The position numbers were made by a program, and so were the translations under genes. Shown here in pieces: positions 51,930-61,162 of a stretch of DNA of 64,000 bases. The notes under the pieces are model-generated. The model made no database searches. It had not been told where the DNA came from and saw nothing but the letters and a program-made list of their open reading frames with translations. Within the stretch, counting starts at the first letter, position 1, and the number at the start of each line of letters is the position of its first letter. This stretch comes from an uncultured Fusobacterium sp. (GTDB taxonomy: Bacteria > Fusobacteriota > Fusobacteriia > Fusobacteriales > Fusobacteriaceae). The DNA is taken from contig UQOH01000001.1 of the NCBI GenBank assembly GCA_900542625.1, forward strand, positions 43,255-107,254. Reading direction: 5' to 3'.

Positions 51930-52886
51930 GTGAGTAAAGTATGTTCATTATCAGAAGCAGTTTCAAAATTTGTAAAAAGTGGTGACCATATAGTAATCGG
52001 AGGTTTTACAACAAATAGAAAACCTTATGCATTAGTATATGAAATCTTAAGACAAGGACTTAAAGACTTTGTTGGTGAAGGTGGTCCTGCTGGTGGAGAT
52101 TGGGATATGCTGATAGGAGCCGACAGAGTAAAAGCTTATATTAACTGTTACACTGCCAACTCTGGAGTAACAAACGTTTCTAGACGTTTCAGAGAATACT
52201 ATGAAAAAGGTAAACTTCATATGGAAGATTACTCTCAAGACGTTATTATGCTTATGCTTCACGCAGCATCTTTAGGATTACCTTATTTACCAGTTCGTTT
52301 AATGATGGGAACTGACTTAGTAAACAAATGGGGAATCAGCAAAGAAGTACGTCAAACAATAGATAAATTACCAAACGATAAATTTGTATATGTAGATAAT
52401 CCATTTAACCCAGGAGAAAAAGTAGTAGCTGTACCAGTTCCAAAAATTGACGTAGCAGTTATCCACGTTCAAAAAGCATCTCCAGATGGAACTTGTTCTA
52501 TCATAGGTGACGAATTCCACGACGTTGACATCGCTATTGCAGCAAAACACTGTATAGTTACTTGTGAAGAGTTAGTAAGCAACGAAGAAATTCGTTTAGA
52601 TCCTACTAAAAACTCTATTCCATGTTTCTGCGTAGACGCTGTTGTTCATGCACCATATGGAGCACACCCTAGCCAATGTTATGGATACTATGACTATGAC
52701 AACGCATTCTTCAAAATGTATGACGTAGTAAGTAAAACTCAAGAAGACTTCGATAAATTCTTAGACGAATGGGTTTACGGTGTAGAAAATCATGAGGCAT
52801 ACCTAAATAAATTAGGTGCAACTCGTTTATTAGATTTAAGAGTAGTTCCTGGATTAGGATACGCTTCTAAAAAAGTTGGAAAATAA
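51930..52886 (+). CDS. gctA: glutaconate CoA-transferase subunit A
   Basis: 318 aa, GTG start with RBS GGGGAGG. GctA-like (…SGDHIVIGGFTTNRKPYALVYEIL…). Confidence 0.9.
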   Translation: MSKVCSLSEAVSKFVKSGDHIVIGGFTTNRKPYALVYEILRQGLKDFVGEGGPAGGDWDMLIGADRVKAYINCYTANSGVTNVSRRFREYYEKGKLHMEDYSQDVIMLMLHAASLGLPYLPVRLMMGTDLVNKWGISKEVRQTIDKLPNDKFVYVDNPFNPGEKVVAVPVPKIDVAVIHVQKASPDGTCSIIGDEFHDVDIAIAAKHCIVTCEELVSNEEIRLDPTKNSIPCFCVDAVVHAPYGAHPSQCYGYYDYDNAFFKMYDVVSKTQEDFDKFLDEWVYGVENHEAYLNKLGATRLLDLRVVPGLGYASKKVGK

Positions 52887-52914
52887 AAAACACGGAAAAG
52901 GAGTGAAATAAAGA

Positions 52915-53715
52915 ATGGCTGATTACACTAAATATACAAATAAAGAAATGCAAGCAGTTACAATTGCAAAACAAATTAAAAACGGGCAAGTAGTTATCGT
53001 TGGAACAGGTCTTCCTCTAATCGGAGCATCTGTTGCAAAAAGAGTATTTGCACCTGAATGTAATATAATAGTAGAAAGCGGACTTATGGATTGTAATCCA
53101 ATAGAAGTTCCACGTAGTGTTGGAGACAACCGTTTCATGGCTCACTGTGGAGTACAATGGCCAAACGTTCGTTTCATAGGATTCGAAGCTAATGAATGGT
53201 TACACGATTCTGAAAGATTAGTTGCTTTCATAGGAGGAGCTCAAATAGACCCTTATGGAAACGTTAACTCAACTTCAATTGGAGATTACCATCATCCAAA
53301 AACTCGTTTCACTGGTAGTGGAGGAGCAAACGGAATTGCAACTTACTCTAATACAATAATAATGATGCAGCACGAAAAACGTCGTTTCATAGACAAAGTT
53401 GACTATATAACAAGTCCAGGATGGATGGATGGACCAGGAGGAAGAGAAAGAGTTGGACTTCCTGGAAACAGAGGACCAATAATGGTTGTTACAGATAGAG
53501 GAATCTTAAAATTCGACGAAGAAACTAAACGTATGTATCTAGCTGGGTACTATCCAACTTCATCTCCAGAAGATGTATTAGAGAACACAGGATTTGATAT
53601 AGATGTATCAAGAGCTGTATTATTAGAAGCTCCAGATCCAGAAGTTATTCGTATGATTCGTGAAGAGATCGACCCTGGACAAGCATTTATAAAAGTTCCA
53701 GTAGAAGAAAAATAA
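52915..53715 (+). CDS. gctB: glutaconate CoA-transferase subunit B
   Basis: 266 aa GctB-like protein with a catalytic Glu region. Matches the A. fermentans GctB length. Confidence 0.9.
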   Translation: MADYTKYTNKEMQAVTIAKQIKNGQVVIVGTGLPLIGASVAKRVFAPECNIIVESGLMDCNPIEVPRSVGDNRFMAHCGVQWPNVRFIGFEANEWLHDSERLVAFIGGAQIDPYGNVNSTSIGDYHHPKTRFTGSGGANGIATYSNTIIMMQHEKRRFIDKVDYITSPGWMDGPGGRERVGLPGNRGPIMVVTDRGILKFDEETKRMYLAGYYPTSSPEDVLENTGFDIDVSRAVLLEAPDPEVIRMIREEIDPGQAFIKVPVEEK

Positions 53716-53737
53716 TTAAAATTTAATAAAAAGAATA

Positions 53738-53781
53738 AACAAGCACAAAAAACGGAGGTAGAAGTCCGTTTGTGCTTGTTT
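53738..53781 (+). promoter_or_regulatory. two-tier stem-loop between gctB and gcdA
   Basis: Outer stem aaacaagcacaaa/tttgtgcttgttt (13 bp) enclosing inner stem acgga/tccgt. There is no T-run after it, so it is a possible attenuator or processing hairpin. Confidence 0.45.
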
Positions 53782-53827
53782 ATATAGACATAAGCTTTGT
53801 AAATATAAAAATTTCAGGAGGAAAAAA

Positions 53828-55585
53828 ATGGGTCAATATTCAATGCCTAAATATTTTCAAAATATGCCAACAGTAGGAAAAGGACTTGCTGCAAAGAATG
53901 CAGATAACGAAGCTAGCTTAAGAGCAGTTGAAGAGGAATTAACAAAGTTAATAAAAGAAATTCAAGCAGAAGGTCGTCCTGACGAATCAATGAACAAAGT
54001 AGGACAAATGACAGCTTTACAACGTGTAAACGCTTTAGTTGACAAAGGAACTTGGTGTCCTTTAAACAGCTTATTCAACCCTGAAGGAAACTCTAACGGA
54101 TCAACTAGTATAGTTAAAGGTCTTGGACGTATCAATGGAAAATGGGCTGTTGTAGTTGCTTCAGACAACAAAAAGAAAGCAGGAGCATGGGTTGCTGGAC
54201 AAGCTGAAAACCTATTAAGAGCTTCTGATACAGCTAAATGCTTAAATATACCTTTAGTATATGTATTACAATGTAGTGGAGTAGATTTCCCTGAACAGGA
54301 AAAAGTTTATCCTAACCGTCGTGGTGGAGGAACTCCATTCTTCAGAAATGCTGAACTTCAACAATTAGGAATTCCAGTAATCGTAGGAATCTACGGAACT
54401 AACCCAGCTGGTGGAGGATACCACAGTATCAGTCCTACTATCCTTGTAGCTCACCAAAAAGCTAATATGGCAGTTGGAGGAGCAGGAATCCTTGGAGGAA
54501 TGAATCCTAAAGGATTTATAGATATGGAAGGTGCAGAACAAATAGCTGAAATGGTTGAAAAATCAGGAAAACAAACTCCTCCAGGATCAGTATCAGTTCA
54601 CTTTGGTGAAACTGGATTCTTCAGAGAAGTTTATGCAGAAGAAATGGGTGTTATAGAAGGAATTAAAAAATACATTGATATGCTTCCAGCTTACAACGTT
54701 GATTTCTTCCGTGTTGCTGATGCTGTTCAACCTGCATTACCAGCAGATGATTTATATTCAATCATCCCTATGAACCAAAAGAAAACTTATGACATTTACG
54801 AAGTAATCGGACGTTTATTTGACGGAAGTGAATTTGCTGAATACAGAAAAGGTTACGGTCCAGAAATCGTAGCTGGTATAGCTAAAGTAAACGGATTATT
54901 AGTAGGAGTTATAGGAAACGTTCAAGGATTCTTAATGAAATATCCTGAATATAAAGAAAATTCTATCGGAATTGGTGGAAAATTATACCGTCAAGGTCTA
55001 ATAAAAATGAACGAATTTGTAACTATGTGTGGAAGAGATAAACTTCCTATCGTTTGGTTACAAGATACAACAGGTATCGACGTAGGAGACGACGCAGAAA
55101 AGGCAGAATTACTAGGATTAGGACAATCTCTAATCTACTCTATTGAAAACTCTAAAGTTCCTCAATTAGAAGTAATTTTAAGAAAAGGATCTGCAGCTGC
55201 TCACTATGTATTAGGAGGACCACAAGGAAACAACACTAACGCATTCTCTATTGGAACTGCAGCAACTGAAATCTATGTAATGCCTGGAGAAACTGCTGCT
55301 TCAGCAATGTACTCTAGAACTCTTGCAAAAGATAAGAAAGCAGGAAAAGATTTACAGCCTACAATAGACAAAATGAACCAAATGATCGAAGACTTCACAA
55401 CTAAGTCTAGACCTAAGTTCTGTGCTGAAAAAGGAATGGTAGATGAAATAGTAGACTTAACAAGCATCCGTGCTTATATGGAAGCATTCGTTGAATCAGC
55501 TTACCAAAATCCAAAATCTATCTGTGCATTCCATCAAATGCTAACACCTAGAGCAATCAGAGAATTTGAAAGTTTAAAAAAATAA
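53828..55585 (+). CDS. gcdA: glutaconyl-CoA decarboxylase alpha subunit (carboxyltransferase)
   Basis: 585 aa with carboxyltransferase N- and C-domains. Matches GcdA length and character. Confidence 0.9.
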   Translation: MGQYSMPKYFQNMPTVGKGLAAKNADNEASLRAVEEELTKLIKEIQAEGRPDESMNKVGQMTALQRVNALVDKGTWCPLNSLFNPEGNSNGSTSIVKGLGRINGKWAVVVASDNKKKAGAWVAGQAENLLRASDTAKCLNIPLVYVLQCSGVDFPEQEKVYPNRRGGGTPFFRNAELQQLGIPVIVGIYGTNPAGGGYHSISPTILVAHQKANMAVGGAGILGGMNPKGFIDMEGAEQIAEMVEKSGKQTPPGSVSVHFGETGFFREVYAEEMGVIEGIKKYIDMLPAYNVDFFRVADAVQPALPADDLYSIIPMNQKKTYDIYEVIGRLFDGSEFAEYRKGYGPEIVAGIAKVNGLLVGVIGNVQGFLMKYPEYKENSIGIGGKLYRQGLIKMNEFVTMCGRDKLPIVWLQDTTGIDVGDDAEKAELLGLGQSLIYSIENSKVPQLEVILRKGSAAAHYVLGGPQGNNTNAFSIGTAATEIYVMPGETAASAMYSRTLAKDKKAGKDLQPTIDKMNQMIEDFTTKSRPKFCAEKGMVDEIVDLTSIRAYMEAFVESAYQNPKSICAFHQMLTPRAIREFESLKK

Positions 55586-55710
55586 TAAATAACATAAAAA
55601 TTTGAAAAATCTAAAATAGGGAAAAGATGTAGTTATTATTTAAAGAATAATTTTTTATTGGTTGGGGTTATTTTATCCCAACCAATAGTACATCATATTG
55701 GGGGGACTAA

Positions 55711-56913
55711 ATGCTTATTTTAAAATTAGATATATTTCAATCACTACTAATAACAGTTTTATTAATATACTTTGGAAAATACGTTAGAAATCTATTTCCA
55801 ATACTAAAAAAATATTGTATTCCATCAGCAGTTGTTGGAGGGTTATCATTTGCTATTTTAACTTGTATTCTATACAAAATGGGAATAGCTGAAGTTAAAT
55901 TTGATATAAAAGTAACTAACCAGTTATTCTATTGTGTATTCTTTGCAGCAAGCGGAACATCAGCAGGTCTTGCATTGTTGAAAAAAGGTGGAAAATTAGT
56001 TGCTATCTTTACTGTGTTGGCAGCAGTTCTGGCTTTCTTACAAAATGCAGTGGCAGTTTCATTAGGAAAAGTATTAGGTGTTGCTCCGTTAATAGCTTTA
56101 ATGACAGGTTCTATACCAATGACAGGAGGACATGGAAATGCAGCATCTTTTGCTCCTGTAGCTGAATCTTTCGGTGCAGTGGGAGCTATGGAAGTTGCAG
56201 TTGCAGCAGCAACATTCGGACTAATTTCCGGAAGTATTATTGGAGGACCAATAGGAAACAGATTAGTACAAAAATATAATCTAAAATATGATAATTTAGA
56301 TGCAGGGGATTTAGGTGTTGAAGCAGCACAGAAATTCTTTGTAGACAAAGAAAGATCACTTAATGCAGTTTGTCTTATGTTCGTAGCAACTGGAATAGGG
56401 TCAATTTTATTTGCAATATTAAAAGTTGTTCTTCCAGGGGTAACTCTTCCAATCCATGTATTATGTATGTTTGGTGGATTAATGATAAGACTTGGATTTG
56501 ACGCAACAGGACATGAAGATGAAGCACTTTATGAATCTATGGATATAGTTGGAGAAATTTCTCTTGCAATGTTCGTAACAATGTCAATTATGAGTATGAA
56601 ATTATGGCAGTTAGCAGATCTTGCTATTCCAATGGTAATACTTCTATTGGCACAAGTTCTTCTTGCATACTTATTCTGTACTCAATTAACATTCAGACTG
56701 TTAGGTAAAAATTATGATGCAGCTGTAATGGCAGTAGGACATACAGGATTTGGTCTTGGAGCAGTTCCAGTATCAATGGCAACAATGAAGAGTGTGTGTG
56801 ACAAATATGCTTATTCAAAATTAGCTTTCTTTGTAGTGCCCGTAATAGGTGGATTAATAAGTAACTTTACAAATGCAGCAATAATAACTATGTTCTTGAA
56901 TATGTGCAAATAA
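55711..56913 (+). CDS. gltS: sodium/glutamate symporter paralog
   Basis: 400 aa GltS-family protein, roughly 40-50% identical by eye to the copy at 46694. Confidence 0.85.
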   Translation: MLILKLDIFQSLLITVLLIYFGKYVRNLFPILKKYCIPSAVVGGLSFAILTCILYKMGIAEVKFDIKVTNQLFYCVFFAASGTSAGLALLKKGGKLVAIFTVLAAVLAFLQNAVAVSLGKVLGVAPLIALMTGSIPMTGGHGNAASFAPVAESFGAVGAMEVAVAAATFGLISGSIIGGPIGNRLVQKYNLKYDNLDAGDLGVEAAQKFFVDKERSLNAVCLMFVATGIGSILFAILKVVLPGVTLPIHVLCMFGGLMIRLGFDATGHEDEALYESMDIVGEISLAMFVTMSIMSMKLWQLADLAIPMVILLLAQVLLAYLFCTQLTFRLLGKNYDAAVMAVGHTGFGLGAVPVSMATMKSVCDKYAYSKLAFFVVPVIGGLISNFTNAAIITMFLNMCK

Positions 56914-56957
56914 ATTTAAATTGATTAGATAAGAGAAATAAAATTTCGGAGGTAAGA

Positions 56958-57743
56958 ATGAGCGTTTATACAATGGGAATCGACATAGGATCTACAGCAT
57001 CAAAAAGTGTAATTATGAAAGATGGAAAAGAAATCGTTTGTAAAGCATTAATTGATGTAGGGGCAGGAACAAGCGGACCTGGTAGAGTAATTGAAGAAAT
57101 CCTTGAAAAAAGCGGAATGAAAAAAGAAGACATGGCATGTGTTCTGGCAACAGGATACGGACGTAACTCTTTATTAGATCTCGCTGATTATCAAATGAGT
57201 GAGCTAAGCTGTCATGCTAAAGGTGCTCATTATTTATTTCCAAATGTCCGTACAGTAATTGATATTGGCGGACAGGATGTAAAAATATTAAAAATAGGTG
57301 CAAACGGAATTTTAATGAACTTTGTAATGAACGATAAATGTGCAGCTGGAACAGGAAGATTCTTAGATGTAATGGCAAAAGTTCTTGAGGTTAAAGTAAG
57401 TGACCTTGAAAAATTGTCAGCAGAATCAACTAAAACAGTAAACATTAGTTCTACTTGTACTGTATTTGCTGAGTCTGAAGTTATTTCTCAGCTTGCAAAA
57501 GCAACAGATAAAAGAGATATAATAAAAGGAATTCACAGATCAGTAGCAGGAAGAGTTGGAGGGCTTGCTAAAAGAATAGGATTAGAAAATGATCTTGTTA
57601 TGACAGGTGGAGTTGCCCTTAACCATGGTGTTGTATCAGCTCTTGAGGAAGAGTTAAAGTTTAAAATATTAACTTCTCCATTAACTCAATATACAGGAGC
57701 AATTGGAGCAGCATTATTTGCTTATCAAAAAGCAACAAAATAG
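56958..57743 (+). CDS. hgdC: 2-hydroxyglutaryl-CoA dehydratase activator (component A)
   Basis: 261 aa BadF/BadG/BcrA/BcrD-type ATPase (MSVYTMGIDIGSTASK…). HgdC length and cluster context. Confidence 0.9.
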   Translation: MSVYTMGIDIGSTASKSVIMKDGKEIVCKALIDVGAGTSGPGRVIEEILEKSGMKKEDMACVLATGYGRNSLLDLADYQMSELSCHAKGAHYLFPNVRTVIDIGGQDVKILKIGANGILMNFVMNDKCAAGTGRFLDVMAKVLEVKVSDLEKLSAESTKTVNISSTCTVFAESEVISQLAKATDKRDIIKGIHRSVAGRVGGLAKRIGLENDLVMTGGVALNHGVVSALEEELKFKILTSPLTQYTGAIGAALFAYQKATK

Positions 57744-57777
57744 AAGCAGTAAAAATAAAAAAGGAGTGGAATAAAAC

Positions 57778-59022
57778 ATGAGCGAAGTAAATAAGCCAGT
57801 AGAAGAAAAAAAACCAGCTAAGGTTGTGCTTAGAGAATTAGTAGAAAGAGAAGTATATCAAGCAGCATGGGAAGCTAAAAAAAATGGAGAGCCAGTAGGT
57901 TGGTCATCATCTAAATTCCCTTCTGAAATATGCGAAGCTTTAGGATTAAAACTAGTTTATCCTGAAAACCAAGCAGCAGCTATCGGAGCAAAACATGGTG
58001 GAGAAAGAATGTGTGAACATGCAGAAGCTATGGGATTTGACAACGATATCTGTGCTTATGCAAGAATCAACTTAGCATATGCAGCTGGATTCGAAGCAGA
58101 AGAAAAACCAATGCCTCAACCAGATTTCGTATTATGTTGTAACAACATCTGTAACTGTATGACAAAATGGTATGAAAACCTTGCTAGAATGCATAACATT
58201 CCATTAATCATGATAGACGTTCCATACAGCAATACAAAAGAAGTAAGCCAAGCTCAAGTAGATTACTTAAGAGGACAATTTGATGACGCTATAGTACAAT
58301 TAGAGAAAATAGCTGGTCGTAAAATGGATATGAAAAAATTTGAAGAAGCTTGTGAAAACGCTAACCGTTCAGCAAAAGCATGGTTAAAAGTATGTTCTTA
58401 CTTACAATATAAACCATCTCCATTTGCTGGATTTGACTTATTCAACCACATGGCTGATATAGTAACAGCTCGTGCTAAAAAATCAACAGCTGAAGCTTTT
58501 GAGGCATTAGCAGAAGAATTAGAAGCAAACGTAAAAGCAAACAAATCAACTTGGAAATATGATGAAAACTACAGAATCATGTTTGAAGGAATCCCTTGTT
58601 GGCCACAATTACAAAAATTATTTGCACCATTAAAAGAAAAAGGAATCAACACAACAGCAGTTGTTTATGCACCTGCATTCGGATTCGTTTACAACAACAT
58701 GGACGAATTAATGAGAGCTTACTGTGTTGCACCTAACTCAGTTTGTCTTGAAAAAGGTGTTGAGTGGAGAGAAACTCTATGTAAAGAAAACCACGTAGAC
58801 GGAATATTAGTTCACTACAACAGAAGCTGTAAACCATGGAGCGGATACATGCCTGAAATGGAAAGAAGATTCCGTAAAGATTTAGGAGTAGCAGTTGCAG
58901 GATTTGATGGTGACCAAGCTGACCCTAGAAACTTCTCTGACGAGCAATACAGAACTCGTGTTGAGGGATTATTCGAAGTAATGGAAGCAAACAGAGCTAA
59001 AAAAGAGGGAGGAGACAAATAA
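57778..59022 (+). CDS. hgdA: 2-hydroxyglutaryl-CoA dehydratase alpha subunit
   Basis: 414 aa HgdA/FldB-family protein with Cys ligands. Followed by hgdB with an overlapping stop/start. Confidence 0.85.
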   Translation: MSEVNKPVEEKKPAKVVLRELVEREVYQAAWEAKKNGEPVGWSSSKFPSEICEALGLKLVYPENQAAAIGAKHGGERMCEHAEAMGFDNDICAYARINLAYAAGFEAEEKPMPQPDFVLCCNNICNCMTKWYENLARMHNIPLIMIDVPYSNTKEVSQAQVDYLRGQFDDAIVQLEKIAGRKMDMKKFEEACENANRSAKAWLKVCSYLQYKPSPFAGFDLFNHMADIVTARAKKSTAEAFEALAEELEANVKANKSTWKYDENYRIMFEGIPCWPQLQKLFAPLKEKGINTTAVVYAPAFGFVYNNMDELMRAYCVAPNSVCLEKGVEWRETLCKENHVDGILVHYNRSCKPWSGYMPEMERRFRKDLGVAVAGFDGDQADPRNFSDEQYRTRVEGLFEVMEANRAKKEGGDK

Positions 59023-60152
59023 TGACTAGAATTGAGGAGTTATTAAATAATTTTAGAGAAATAGCATATAATCCAGAAAAGCAATTAGCTAAATATAAAG
59101 CTGAAGGGAAAAAAGTAATCGGATGTTTCCCTTACTATGTTCCTGAAGAAATAGTATACGCTGCAGGAATGGTTCCATTTGGAGTTTGGGGAACTCACGG
59201 AACAATCAGCAGAGCAAAAGAATATTTTGCATCTTTCTATTGTACAATAGCTCAAATGAACTTAGAAATGGCATTAGAAGGAAAATTTGATGGATTATCA
59301 GGAGTTATCTTATCATCTATGTGTGATACTTTACGTCCATTAACTCAAAACTTTAAAGTGGCAATACCTCAATTACCATTTATGTTCTTAGCACATCCAC
59401 AAAACAGAAAACCTGAATATGGAATTAAATTCACTATGCATGAATTTGGTAGAGTAAAAGGACAATTAGAAGAAATAGCTGGGCATAAAATTGAAGATGA
59501 AAAAATGTTTGAAGCTTTCAAAGTTTATAACGAAAGCAGAGCTACAAGAAAAGAGTTCGTTAAACTTGCTGGACAACATCCAGAAGCAGTTTCTGCAGTA
59601 AACAGATCAGCTGTTCTAAAAAGTGCTTTCTTTATGTTAAAAGATGAGCATACAGCTATGTTAAAAGAATTAAACGCAGAATTAGCTAAATTACCAGAAA
59701 CAAAATGGGACGGAGTTAAAGTTCTTGTTTCAGGAATTATAAATGACAACCCTACATTATTAGGATTATTCGATGAGTACAAAATAGCTATCGTAGCTGA
59801 TGACGTTGCTCACGAATCAAGAGCATTCACAACAGATGTTCCTATGGATATAGAAGATCCTATCAGAGCATTAGCAGTTCAATTTGCTAACCAAGATAAC
59901 GATACAATTCTATATGATCCATTAATCGAAGAGCGTCCAAAATATGTTGCTAACAAAGCAAAAGAAGCTGGAGCAGACGGTGTTGTAGTAGTTATGATGC
60001 AGTTCTGTGACCCAGAAGAAATGGAATATCCATCATTAAGAAAAGCTCTTGATGAAGCTGGATTACCTCATATCAAATTTGGATTTGATCAACAAATGGT
60101 AGACTTCGGTCAAGCAAGAACATCATTACAAGCTTTCGCAGAAAGCCTATAA
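59022..60152 (+). CDS. hgdB: 2-hydroxyglutaryl-CoA dehydratase beta subunit
   Basis: 376 aa HgdB/FldC-family protein. Confidence 0.85.
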   Translation: MTRIEELLNNFREIAYNPEKQLAKYKAEGKKVIGCFPYYVPEEIVYAAGMVPFGVWGTHGTISRAKEYFASFYCTIAQMNLEMALEGKFDGLSGVILSSMCDTLRPLTQNFKVAIPQLPFMFLAHPQNRKPEYGIKFTMHEFGRVKGQLEEIAGHKIEDEKMFEAFKVYNESRATRKEFVKLAGQHPEAVSAVNRSAVLKSAFFMLKDEHTAMLKELNAELAKLPETKWDGVKVLVSGIINDNPTLLGLFDEYKIAIVADDVAHESRAFTTDVPMDIEDPIRALAVQFANQDNDTILYDPLIEERPKYVANKAKEAGADGVVVVMMQFCDPEEMEYPSLRKALDEAGLPHIKFGFDQQMVDFGQARTSLQAFAESL

Positions 60153-60190
60153 TTTTAAGCTCCCAAACTTAACTTAAATAAAAAATTAAA

Positions 60191-60220
60191 AAGCAACAGG
60201 AAACTGTTGCTTTTTAAGAT
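60191..60220 (+). terminator. rho-independent terminator after hgdB
   Basis: aaagcaacag-gaaa-ctgttgcttt followed by tt. Confidence 0.6.
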
Positions 60221-60252
60221 TTTTAGATTTTTTTATTATAAGGAGGAGAAAA

Positions 60253-61143
60253 ATGAAGTTTGTATCTTTTAAAGATTTATGGACAATGAATGATTATCTG
60301 GGAATACTTGATGAAGAAAGAAAAGAAATTTATAAACTAAATGGTTTTAGATTATCAAGAGAGTATACTTCCATGCAGGATTTAATAGAAAATTTTAATC
60401 AAGAAGATTATGACAGAATACAGGAAGTGCTGGCAACAGAAGAGAGAAGAGTAAGAACTTTTACGACAGGTAATGTAAAAATACTTCCTCCTCTTGAAAG
60501 AACGGTACATGATATAATATGTGCAGGTTTTAACTATATGGACCATTTGAAAGAGATAAAAAAAGATACAACAAGCAAGCCTTTAAATAGTGTATATTTT
60601 ACAAAAAGAGCAAGTGTAATAATAGGTCCTAATGATGAGATAGACGGACATCTTGATATAGACGAAGCTCTTGATTATGAAGTTGAACTTGCTGTTATTA
60701 TAGGAAAAAAAGGATATAAAATCTCTGCAGAAGAGGCAGAAGATTATATTTTTGGATATACTATAATGAATGATATATCTGCAAGAGGACTTCAGGGAAA
60801 ATACAGACAGTGGTTTATAGGAAAGAGTTTAGATACTTTTACTTCAATGGGACCTGCTATTGTGTATAAAGATGAATTGAAAATGCCTTTTAACTTAGAA
60901 ATTTCAAGTTATTTAAACGGAGAATTAAGACAATCATCTAATACTGACTTGATGATAACAAATATAAAAGATATGATAGCAGAACTTTCTCAGGGAATTA
61001 CATTAGAACCGGGAGATATTATATCAACAGGAACATGTTCCGGAGTAGGAGTAGGATTTAAACCTCCTAAATATATGAAATCAAAAGATGTTATTGAATG
61101 TAAAATAGAAAGAATAGGAACTTTAAGAAATGTAGTAAAATAA
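60253..61143 (+). CDS. fumarylacetoacetate hydrolase (FAH) family protein
   Basis: 296 aa. C-terminal FAH fold with metal-binding E/D residues (…DYEVELAVIIGK…) and an N-terminal ~80-aa extension. Confidence 0.75.
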   Translation: MKFVSFKDLWTMNDYLGILDEERKEIYKLNGFRLSREYTSMQDLIENFNQEDYDRIQEVLATEERRVRTFTTGNVKILPPLERTVHDIICAGFNYMDHLKEIKKDTTSKPLNSVYFTKRASVIIGPNDEIDGHLDIDEALDYEVELAVIIGKKGYKISAEEAEDYIFGYTIMNDISARGLQGKYRQWFIGKSLDTFTSMGPAIVYKDELKMPFNLEISSYLNGELRQSSNTDLMITNIKDMIAELSQGITLEPGDIISTGTCSGVGVGFKPPKYMKSKDVIECKIERIGTLRNVVK

Positions 61144-61162
61144 AAATTGTGAGAGTGATTAA

